Source: Paraphysomonas bandaiensis
Taxonomy: Eukaryota; Protista; Chrysophyceae
Length of the DNA: 64,000 nt
Reading direction: 5' to 3'
NCBI GenBank assembly: GCA_965644295.1
Contig: CBFFRP010000185.1
Span: 62,001-126,000, forward strand
Shown here: positions 41,321 through 51,412 of the stretch, piece after piece
How positions within the stretch are numbered: position 1 is the first letter of the stretch
How the letters are laid out: each line of letters opens with the position of its first letter
The notes under the pieces: model-generated
What the model was told of the DNA's origin: nothing
Database searches by the model: none
The model's input: only the letters and a program-made list of their open reading frames with translations
Made by a program: the position numbers and the translations under genes

Positions 41321-41515
41321 TCACTTCTCTATTTTATTCGGGTCTTTCATAAGTTCTGCATTTAATCTTCTTTTCTCCACTATTTCATTCTTCTTCTCAA
41401 TATGATACAGATACCTATCGCGTATTACATATGAAATGAAGGGTACAACCAAAATAAGAGGGCCGAACCAACGCAGACGACGAGACGATTTAAGTTTTGA
41501 ATGAAGATTACTCAT
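41321..41515 (-). CDS. Small (64 aa) single-pass membrane protein, possibly mitochondrial
   Basis: Basic N-terminus, one hydrophobic stretch (WFGPLILVVPFISYVI) and a charged helical tail. It is divergent from the next gene. No family was recognised. Confidence 0.45.
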   Translation of the reverse strand: MSNLHSKLKSSRRLRWFGPLILVVPFISYVIRDRYLYHIEKKNEIVEKRRLNAELMKDPNKIEK

Positions 41516-41884
41516 TGAAACCACTAATTCCAAACTCTACTCGAATGAATACAGGATAATGAAATTCAATGCTAGATAGACAACGAAGTTAGCGTGCAGT
41601 TGCAACCCAACCTTTCCTTGTAATGGAGCAGCTCTGACAGTACCAACAGACTGCTTGACGATCGACTGCTACTGTGCATCCTCGAATACCGCTGTACTAC
41701 AGTGCATACAGAGGTACTGTAGATGGCATGAGTGTAGTGTGCTGTATACCAGCACCAGCACTGTATGTGCAATGAACAGTCATAGCATACATATATACAT
41801 ATACATACTGTACATGTGTATGCTCCGGCTCGTTAAGGTGATCTGATCACTTTAATCTTAATGTAGCCAGCTATAAATACATTA

Positions 41885-43144
41885 ATGCACATCCCCTCAC
41901 CGATAGTAGTTTTATTCACCCTGCAGAGCATCAGCGCTCTGTTGATTGAAGATGTTTATGTGCCTCTGGACTGTCACAGTGAGTGCCTCTGATGTATGGA
42001 TGATATACCCTCTAATGGTTACGTGTAACAGGCCATGCCTCGCCGTCTGATCACCTCTTAATGTATTACGCATATACTGCTGTAGGGTGTTCTTATTTTT
42101 GTGCAGAGAGTTTACAGTGAAACAGAGTAACGGCGAAGTCATACAGCCCGCTTACAAAAAACCCGGAAATTTGTTCCATGTCTTATTAGAGCAGTCGGTA
42201 GTTATGATTCAAGAGGGTTATATGTGTGTTAACAGTGTATAGGATTTACCAGTGCATAGAGCTTTGAAAGGAATGTGCGAGAATGGTACCCGTGTTATGA
42301 GTTGGGAAAATGGTCATGATCTCAACTTAGCGCCTTTACCAGTATCGAAATATGCCTTGCAAAACCTCGAAGAAAGCATAACCGTAGAAATATCAGTCCA
42401 GCATATCACACCACAGTCGGACTATCAAGTATTCAGCTTATTTAAAATGGGAAACTTTACAGAGGTAATGGCGATGATAGACGAGCATAGAGGTGTCAAT
42501 GCCGTGGACGAATGGGGTTCAACTCTCCTAATGCAAGCCACGAAAAAAGGAAACCTACCAGTAGTTGCAGCTTTGCTTAATACACGCATGCCTAAAGTGG
42601 ATGTTAATATGGCTAAAGCTGTAAGTATACTGTCTGATGTGAAGTGGATCTCAAGAATCTAAAGTTGCACTCTAACAGAACGGATTTACGGCTATTTTCT
42701 ATGCAATTGAGCTCCACTCAACCAATATACTGAAAGCACTGCTAAGAAGAGGAGCTAATCCTAACGTAGCACTGACACAGAAGGTTGGCATTCTAGTTTT
42801 CATGTTTTCGGTCTAACTTATATGCTACACTCGTACAAAAGGATGCTGTAGGCAGTACACCTCTCCACTTCGCGTGTATGCTAGAGAAGTCTAAACATGC
42901 AGAGCTTCTTTTGGAGTATGGTGCAGATGTGATGGCAGTTAATGAGCACGGGCAATATCCACTGCAGCTCTTACCACGTGATACTGTAACATCAACAAAG
43001 CTCTATTTTAAACGCATGTTCGAGGTAGGCCTTTCTGGCTGTGTAGCTAACTGTACGTGAATTGTTCGTTATTAGGATGCCTTAGCTCGTAAAGAGAAAG
43101 AGTGGCAGGCCTCGAGAGGACAGGCGATTAGAAATGACCTTTAG
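41885..43144 (+). CDS. Signal peptide + degenerate FKBP-like domain + ankyrin repeats, ending in RNDL; multi-exon
   Basis: Spliced MHIPSPIVVLFTLQSISALLIEDVYVPLDCHSHASPSDHLLIEFTVKQSNGEVI...HRALKGMCENGTRVM. Ankyrin motifs DEWGSTLLMQA, NGFTAIFYA, GSTPLHFA and NEHGQYPL. Ends QAIRNDL*. Confidence 0.75.
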
Positions 43145-43854
43145 ACGTCTCTAAAGGACTACTCATAGTCACAGAAATCTTCGTAGACTATTCAATCATG
43201 TGACAAATATGTTGTGACATAGTTATTGTTTTATCGGAGTTTTCGAAATATAATTTATGTTTTTGAAGTTTTGAGTATTCCTTTGTCTCCATGAAGTTAA
43301 CTATATACTTGGAATGGTCATTTCATACTTACTTCTATCACTACTACAACTCTGCGGCTAGAACAGAATACTGTACACAACTATAAAATATATATATGTC
43401 ACACAACGTTGGATTCTAGGTTTGCAACTGGTGTGTGTGCGTGTGCACTCAAGTAGCAGTGTTCGATTAGGTGCAGCAATGTTCAAAAGGTATTTCGGTC
43501 CCATTATTGTATTAAATTATACTTGTATGAGCACAGTGCTGACTGAATTACGTTAAGAGTTAAGAGAGATATAAAATATCTACTATTAAATCTACTTATT
43601 AAATCTACTTTGTTATCTATATTACTTTTTATTATAACAATATAAATAATATATAAAGTAATTAATTTTATTTAAGAATATAAATAATATATAAAGTAAT
43701 TATAACTTATTAATAATAAGTTATAAGTTAAACTCACAAAGAGAAGGAATTACAACCGAAGGTTGTAATTGGAAACACTCGAAGAGAAGAAGCCCCTTGA
43801 GGGGCATATGGGGTAGAAAAAAGGCTTGCCCTTGTCCCCCTCCCTCCGTTTTTT

Positions 43855-43985
43855 GATATAGTGATATTTTGATGTTGTAGCACTGTGATTGTGGAGACAC
43901 ATCAATCACCAACACCGTAATTCTGTTCTACAAATCGTATCTTTAATAGCTACTATATTTTCAATTTTTTTGTATATTTTAACAA
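43855..43985 (+). repeat. Dispersed repeat family R2, copy 1 (inverted copy at 60500-60630)
   Basis: TGATGTTGTAGCACTGTGATTG...ACATCAATCACCAACA...TTCTACAAATCGTATCTTT is reverse-complement-similar to 60500-60630. Confidence 0.85.
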
Positions 43986-44337
43986 GCGTCAAGTACGCAC
44001 GTAGGAGTTGGTCGTAGTTCAATATCTTGTGAAAGGGTACACCTCACTACATACTACATACTGAACACTGAACAGCTTCTTCGTCCATTGAGACCAAATA
44101 GTATTTTTCTGACCGACCTCTTTCAGTTGGTATGCCCCTGGGGATCTGAGCTTTTGTCTGCAGAAAACTTCACGATCATATTCTTGATTACTTTGATATA
44201 GGTACACACCAAGTTATACTAGTCATATTGTGAAGTGAAAATACAAAATATTTAACGACTAGATTTCCAACACCTTGGCTAGGTTTTTACACTTTTTTGG
44301 TGTGACTGAAAATTACACCAAATAAACTGGGTCCAAT

Positions 44338-44694
44338 CCCTCAACAAAGTCGGACTCGCACCTTTTCGTGGTGTTCTGGGGGATAAGTACCGGAGAAATT
44401 TCTACAGGAAACTAACGTGAGCCGCAAACATACTCAGCAGATATTCTTCTGCCCACTCATAGCCGAATACTTGTGTGGTACAAGGGACACCAATAAGTGT
44501 CACTTGTGTAGACGTCTTTGGGCCCTGACGCCTGACGAATAAACAGGCATCCGGGAATGGGCCCACCTCAAGGGTAACCGGGGTATTGGGCTGCCTGCTG
44601 AAGTCAAGCATCCGGGATGTTCACCTTTTAAGAACTCAGAGCGGAAGTGGTCGCACCTTGGTGCTTGCGGAGACGCACAAGCAGCTTCCGTAGC
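44338..44694 (-). repeat. R1 copy (A core + B) joined directly to the decayed zinc-finger ORF
   Basis: Near identical to 33738-34091. Similarity stops at GCTTCCGTAGC (44694), where ORF-like sequence begins. Confidence 0.92.
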
Positions 44695-46459
44695 TTTCAT
44701 ATAAAGAGTAGGCTCTTTGACTTCCCTTCTCCATGGAGTGGCTTTGGGCAATGCTTTAGTCATTAACCGCATGGCTCTAGACGAACGCATTTGGTTACAT
44801 AGCAATGACCAGTGCTCCTCTCCAATTTTGTTGTAGGTGACATCCAAATGCTTGTGCATCCAACAATCGACCGTCTTCAGTTGAGTATAAACGGGAGTCT
44901 GATTTTGAGCTCTTAGAACTCAGCACTCGAGATGTAATTGATCGCGTATCCGCTGACCGACTTCCTCTGCTGACAAAGGAGCCCCGACTACTATTGCTTA
45001 CGAAGAAGGAGTGATATGATTCATCATCCGAGTCAATGTGCCTCTCTTCCCAAGATCCAATTTTTGGATTAATTCGGCTAAGTTGCTTACTGAGTAAATT
45101 AAACCGCATCATCAATTGACTATTGGCCTCCTCCCACATTGTTTCAGCCAAGTCTCTCATATCAAAATATTGATTAAATGCCATGCATAATTCAGCAGTT
45201 TCGTCGATATTCTCATCGGCTACTAGCTCATGTACTCTGCCAGGATCTGTCAGCCTACTGAACCATTCACGAACGTTTGATGGCAATTGCACTCCGTTTC
45301 CTCGATTTAAGATTAATTTAGAAAATTGAGAAATGTCGGAAGCCGAACTCTCTCTTGCCACTTTCAATTGTTCATAAATATGATCCTGATAGCGATCAAT
45401 TAACTCAGTTGTTGCACATGCCATATAAATTTGCTGCTCCCAATGCTGCATTGATTCAGCAATATGGGCGGAGAAACGCTGTCCTGACCATTTGGTGGTG
45501 TGCACCCTTCTACGCTCCGCGTACTGTTGGAGGATTCCTAGAGAAATCTTTAAATCCATTGGGTCTCTTGCCGTGTGATCCTGATATAAATGATCCATGT
45601 ATGTGTCCTCATTCAGGTCTGGTCGAGGACGTAATCTTCTATGGCCTAATAGTATACACTTATCTAAAGTGCCTGTCGTGGGTCTCTGCGCTCTGAACAT
45701 TCCCCTACTCACTCGGCATCGATAACATAGACCACCTTGGATTTCAGTTGAATGTACTTGGTCTTTGCAATCGATACACTGGTTTTCCGAGCAGAAGTAA
45801 CATATTCATCCTGCGGTAAGACGCTTAGGGTCTGTGAGTCGCTGACAGATCTGACACCGATCTGCGTCTTTACCCAGATGGTGAGGTTTGCTGGTTTTAT
45901 ATTCACCTTGCATTCCAGAGGTGGGATGTAGCACATTGTGTGCTTCATTCCTTGTGTGAGGTGAGGGTGTATAACAACACTCCTTTGCCTCAGCATCCTT
46001 GTTACTATGTTCCCTGATTGACAAGGGGTCCATATATACTGGACTATCACCTGTCGCATCTGAATCAAACGAACATAAGTCATCCTGAGCCCTCAATGGT
46101 TGAATAACGTCCTTACCGAATGCGAGAGGTTTTCGGGCTGACAAGGGTACCTCCTCCGGACTACTAAGACGATCCACCAGTTCTGGAACAGTCGTTGCTT
46201 GACTGTCTGCTTCTTGATTTTCTGTCTCTCTGAGGTCGTCACCTCGTGTATTGAGAGATGAAATTTCTTCGAAAAATTGAGACACCAAGGCCTCTGCATC
46301 AGTATCACTCAACCCAAAAGCTATGCCTATGTTTCGAATTTGTTCTTCATTGGCATTAGCAACTGATGGGTCTAACCCTCCTAGCATAAGCCTAAGGGTC
46401 GTTCTAACTGAATCTAATGTAACAGACTCCCGTAGTCTATCAAGAGTCTCCTCATCCAT
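44695..46459 (-). pseudogene. Intronless decayed ORF (~590 codons) with tandem CxxC...GxCxxC zinc ribbons; possible mobile-element or viral gene
   Basis: ORFs 45806..46486 and 44795..45712 share a frame and are separated by a single TGA: CQICQRLTDPKRLTAG*ICYFCSENQCIDCKDQVHSTEIQGGLCYRC. A frameshift near 44865 is probable. Confidence 0.65.
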
Positions 46460-47114
46460 GAAAATAACAATATAATCAATACACAATGAATATATATATA
46501 ACTACAGCTACAATGCTATCTACAAGCAATTTCCAGAGTGAAGTAATTGCATCTTATTATCAATAATTCATGTAAGTCTACCTACGATTCCGTGATCAAT
46601 GGAATGAACATCATTCATATTCAATACCAAGCACATCAGTCTCTGTATAAGGGAAGATACACTCAGTATTCTCATTGTAGTTGAAGCCTTGTATGCGTAC
46701 TCCTAAGTACAATCACTCTCCAATAAGCACTGAAGGAAATACGTAATGTATAACTGTAATACTGGATAATCTGGCAATACACATCTATCAGCGTGGATAT
46801 CAAACCCGGAATTCTCCAGTAAACTTCTCCAGCCTTAATCTCATATATATATAATAAGAACATATATATATATCATCCATTATCATTATCTTCATTATGT
46901 CTCATTATTGATAATCATGTCTTTCTTTGTCTTTTGAATGATTATGTAAATATCAATGGTAAGCATGAACTGTCATAGTCATAATATATCATATATCTTA
47001 GTGTGAGTTATGGCAATAGTAATATTCATCTATGTTGCACAGATAGTATGTACAAACTTAAGCATATACAACAGAGAGCTCATATAGTATAGAATAACCT
47101 GATAGCTGGTTATT

Positions 47115-47201
47115 ACACACCCACCCGTTCACCATCTTGGCTGACCATCATATAGATAGCTCAGATTCTGTTGCGAGCCACCCTACCACCCCACCTGTGT
47201 T
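47115..47201 (+). repeat. Left arm of diverged inverted repeat flanking the F-box/ankyrin gene
   Basis: Blocks CACCCACCCGT, GCTGACCA, ATAGAT, CAGATTCTGT and CCACCTGTGTT recur in the same order on the opposite strand at 50715-50790. Confidence 0.75.
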
Positions 47202-48258
47202 TTAGCAAAAATATAGCTATATAGTAGTAGTCATGTATGGAGTATGATTCGTGCAAGTATATATAGTGTAGATTTATATGAAGCTTGCTTGGTGCCGACA
47301 CGCAAAGAATACGCTGGGATTTTAGTAAAATTCTATACATTGATTAGCTTAATCAACACTAGCACTTTACGAGGACGCATCCTCGGAATGGGGAAACATC
47401 ATATGAACGCCACAGTCACATGTGATGTACCTGGTATAAGAGCTTGAGCCTTCAAACCAACATGAGAGACATGTCTTGAGGGGTCTACTCCACTCTCATT
47501 CGTTAACTCCGTATGACATCAAATGATCTCTTATCTATATACATAAAGTATACATACGTATATAGTATCGGATCGTATCGTATTTGTTCATATATATATA
47601 CGTATATCATCACACCACAAGGCTACAGACATGTCGTAACATAGAGCATAGAACAAACAGTTCTTCCTCTTGTTCTTGGGGGTGACTCATACCTCCTGTC
47701 CACTGGTCTGAGTATGAGAATCTGCCTGTGTTGCTCATGTTTGCAGTAACTGTGATCGAAGATGTCATGGCTGATATGGATGTGCGTACGATCCTAGTAG
47801 CTAACCTGTTTGGATTTATGATAAATTCGTAGATATTGCATTCTTTTCTACCGACCGTACAAAACAATGTTTTTACAACAACAAAAGTGGCAGTTTACCA
47901 AACAAATTGTATTTTTCGAACCATGTTATGTTTTTTTCATATGTAAAGTGGCAATTTTCTTACACAGAGTTTTTTTTTACAAGAAGTTCATACGTGCTGT
48001 GAACCAGAGTGGACCCGACAATGATATCCTCCATATACCGTATACGGCACATGGGACATCTAGGCATTTGGACATGCCGGTCGTCTGGTATCTTGGATCT
48101 GCATATCTCCCACTCTTGTCCTTCCTACATTTCCGACTTCTGACTTCGTAGCTATAGCAGTATGTAGGTAGCAGATAGTGCATGTGTATACATATATAGA
48201 TAGTTGCTCATCTCACTGTCTTGTAGTGTATGAACACTCTATCAGCCTCATATTAACT

Positions 48259-50067
48259 ATGAATCAGTGTTCGTATATGTCGCATATATCTGCTCTTAAT
48301 GATGATGTTGTTCGTATCATCATCTCTATGATCCCACACACGGCTGTCCTTCCAGTGATCATGACTTGTAAGAGATTTCACGATATAGTCTACACTGATA
48401 AGAGCAGAGAGAGACTTGAGTCACATGCATCTCACTACTGTATGACCAACTCCATGGTCTCATGGGCTCTGGCTATGGGCTGCCCACACACACTGCTATC
48501 ATATTGCTGTGCACTGGATGGCAGACTACAGCAGCTCATGCATCTCAAACATACCCCCCTTCACAATGATACCACCTCACAGAGACCACTACACCAATCG
48601 GATTACAGAATTGATTTAGATTTAGACAGTATACAGTTTAAAAGCTCGAATTGTCGATTGGAGTGTCGATGGGATGAAGACAGTTGCTTTGCTGCTGCAA
48701 AAGGTGGCCACTTGGATGTTCTGATGTGGCTTCGTTCACAGGACCCACCATGTCCATGGGATTCATATACTTGCAGTGCTGCTGCAAAAGGTGGCCACTT
48801 GGATGTTCTGATGTGGCTTCGTTCACAAGACCCTCCATGTCCATGGGCTGAAAGCACTTGCAGTGCTGCTGCAAACGGTGGCCACTTGGTTGTTCTGAAG
48901 TGGCTTCGTTCACAGGACCCTCCATGTCCATGGGCTGAAAGCACTTGCAGTTCGGCTGCAAAAGGTGGCCACTGGTATGTTCTGAATTGGCTTCGATCAC
49001 AGGACCCTCCATGTCCATGGGCTGAAAGCACTTGCAGTTCGGCTGCAAAAGGTGGCCACTGGTATGTTCTGAATTGGCTTCGATCACAAGGACCTCCATG
49101 TCCATGGAATGAACGGACATGTCATAATGCTGCGACAAATGGGCACTTGGATGTTCTGAAGTGGCTTCGTTCACGGGACCCTCCATGTCCATGGGATTCA
49201 TATACTTGCAGTGTTGCAGCAAGCGATGGCCACTTGGATGTTCTGAAGTGGCTTCGTTCACAGGACCCTCCATGTCCATGGGATTCAATAACTTGCTTTG
49301 CTGCTGCTCTACGTGGACACTTGGACATTCTGAAATGGATTCGTTCACAGGACCCTCCATGTCCATGGAATGTAATCACTTGTATTGGTGCAGCAAGCGA
49401 TGGCCACTGGGATGTTCTGAAATGGCTTCATTCACAGGACCCCCCATGTCCATGGGATGAACGGACATGCTATGGTGCTGCAGAAAGTGGACACTGGGAT
49501 ATGTTGAAGTGGCTTCTTTCACATGGCCCTCCATGCTCACTTTTTATTAAACCTATTTGCCGTTTTGCTGCGATCAATGGACGCTTAGATGTTTTGAAGT
49601 GCCTACATTTACGGTACCCTCTATGTCCATGGGATGAAGACACTTGCAGTGCGGCTGTAGAAGGTGGCCACTTGGATATTCTAAAGTGGCTTCGTTCGCA
49701 TAACCCTCCATGCCTATGGGATGAACGGACATGCCATGCTGCTGTTAAAGGTAATCACTTGAATGTTTTGCTGTGGATTCGTTCACAGGAACCTCCATGT
49801 CCATATGATGAAGCAACATGCTGCTATGCTGCAGGGTATGGACGATTGGATGTTTTGAATTGTCTTCGTTTACAGGATCTTCCATGTCCATGGAATGAGA
49901 AAATGTGCTTCAATGCTGCAAAAGGTGGACACTGGGACGCTCTGAAGTGGCTTATCTCGCAGAACCCTCCACGTTCATTGAACGAAAAAATATGCTACTA
50001 TGCTGCACTGGATGGACGTTTAGATGTTTTGCAGTGGCTTTGTTTACAGGACCCTCCATGTCCATAA
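48259..50067 (+). CDS. F-box-like N-terminus + 16 ankyrin-type 29-aa CPW repeats, intronless
   Basis: LNDDVVRIIISMIP...VIMTCKRFHDIV is F-box-like. The repeat consensus is WxxxTCxxAAxxGHLDVLKWLRSQDPPCP with an 87 bp DNA period. Confidence 0.85.
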   Translation: MNQCSYMSHISALNDDVVRIIISMIPHTAVLPVIMTCKRFHDIVYTDKSRERLESHASHYCMTNSMVSWALAMGCPHTLLSYCCALDGRLQQLMHLKHTPLHNDTTSQRPLHQSDYRIDLDLDSIQFKSSNCRLECRWDEDSCFAAAKGGHLDVLMWLRSQDPPCPWDSYTCSAAAKGGHLDVLMWLRSQDPPCPWAESTCSAAANGGHLVVLKWLRSQDPPCPWAESTCSSAAKGGHWYVLNWLRSQDPPCPWAESTCSSAAKGGHWYVLNWLRSQGPPCPWNERTCHNAATNGHLDVLKWLRSRDPPCPWDSYTCSVAASDGHLDVLKWLRSQDPPCPWDSITCFAAALRGHLDILKWIRSQDPPCPWNVITCIGAASDGHWDVLKWLHSQDPPCPWDERTCYGAAESGHWDMLKWLLSHGPPCSLFIKPICRFAAINGRLDVLKCLHLRYPLCPWDEDTCSAAVEGGHLDILKWLRSHNPPCLWDERTCHAAVKGNHLNVLLWIRSQEPPCPYDEATCCYAAGYGRLDVLNCLRLQDLPCPWNEKMCFNAAKGGHWDALKWLISQNPPRSLNEKICYYAALDGRLDVLQWLCLQDPPCP

Positions 50068-50714
50068 TGGTATTCCGAAAGTGGCGGTGCTACTGCATAT
50101 GGTGACCATTTAGATGCTCTTAATTTCACGGTCATTGAATGAGTGGGATAGCCATGCGTAGGTTGTACAGTGGGATGTTCGGAAGTGCTATTGTTCATAT
50201 GCAATATAGCCTTGTTTGCAGGACGTGTTCGTATTTATATGCAGACGAGAAGTGATAACAATTTCATGATTATCTTGTATATTATGGATAAATATAGCAT
50301 TTTGTTCGATCCCAAAGCTAGTGTATTACATATTAATATACTGCAACATATATTTAAAAAAAGTAGAAACAGAAATATATTGAATTTCAAACAAAATTAG
50401 CAACAAATAATGTACTACGCTTGCCGCTTGCTTAAACTTCAGTTAGTAGTCTACTTAATATATTTTCCGTCACTTTTCTATGTTTAGCACCGCTGTCGAA
50501 CGTTACTAGCATATTTCTCAATACTGTGCCACCTGGACATGCTACGACCCAGGGCTCAGCAACAATATATTGCAATACTAATGTTAGATAGCGTTACATT
50601 AATATTATATATTGCCCCATACTGAGAGCGTCCCCTAGTGAAGTTACTAAGCTAAGTAACGTATAGATTATTAATAAAAATCTCAGCGTATTATTCGTAA
50701 TCTCAGCAAAGGTT

Positions 50715-50790
50715 AACACAGGTGGAGGGGACTACAGAATCTGCGCGTGATCTATGTGGTCAGCTACGTTGGTACACGGGTGGGTGGGTA
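50715..50790 (-). repeat. Right arm of diverged inverted repeat
   Basis: AACACAGGTGG...ACAGAATCTG...ATCTAT.TGGTCAGC...ACGGGTGGGTG is reverse-complement-similar to 47115-47201. Confidence 0.75.
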
Positions 50791-51412
50791 GTAGAATCAG
50801 TGCTATATATATCTCGGTGTTATAGGTGGGGCACCAGCCAGCCCACGCCCTCGGAATGGGGCAATTGTTTTGCTACAATAGTTCTGACTCTTACACGCCT
50901 ACGAATAGATTATTTGCCTGTAGTTTCAATAAGAGAAAGAAACTTAGTATACTTGGAGGACTTATACTCACCTTAAGGGCTGCGTATGGTTCTTCAAATT
51001 CTTCTTTCAGGCGAGAGACTTTCTTTTTCGTTTACTGTTGTTGTGTTATCAGACGCTCAAGACTCAGAATGATTTCCCTTCTTTTATTTTATCCGAGAAT
51101 TTCATATACCATTAACAAATGTGTGCAGAATATGTCTATTTTCAAACATCGTTATCAGCTAATTTTTATAAAGTTCTGGAGCACACGTCAACTTCCGACA
51201 CTTATATTTTGTTACATTTTGGTATGTTATCCGTATTAATGAACTACAAGCCTTTTCATCAACATTTGGCATATTTGGATGGTTTAAAAATTAATTAATT
51301 GAACGTTGTATTCACTCGATACTCGGTACTCAATTATTGGAATTGTAATCAACATCTCCCATCATTCGTTGATATTCGCTACAATTTAAATATTATCTCA
51401 ACTCTACAGTTA

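Noticed and set aside
44345-44425. HDV-like ribozyme fold at the R1 module B end (P2 CTCGC/GTGAG, P3 ACC/GGT, loop TTTTCGT, P4 palindrome, CTAA junction)
   Set aside because: No conserved P1 5' strand complementary to GTTCTGG is present upstream in any copy, and the loop lacks the usual C for P1.1. It cannot be supported without a covariance-model search.
44530-44560. Hammerhead core CTGACGA in R1
   Set aside because: It is not followed by a stem II and GAAA in the required arrangement.
45806-45808. In-frame TGA as selenocysteine or a recoded codon
   Set aside because: It aligns with Gly, not Cys, in the neighbouring zinc ribbon. The ORF also appears frameshifted, and other genes here use TGA as stop.
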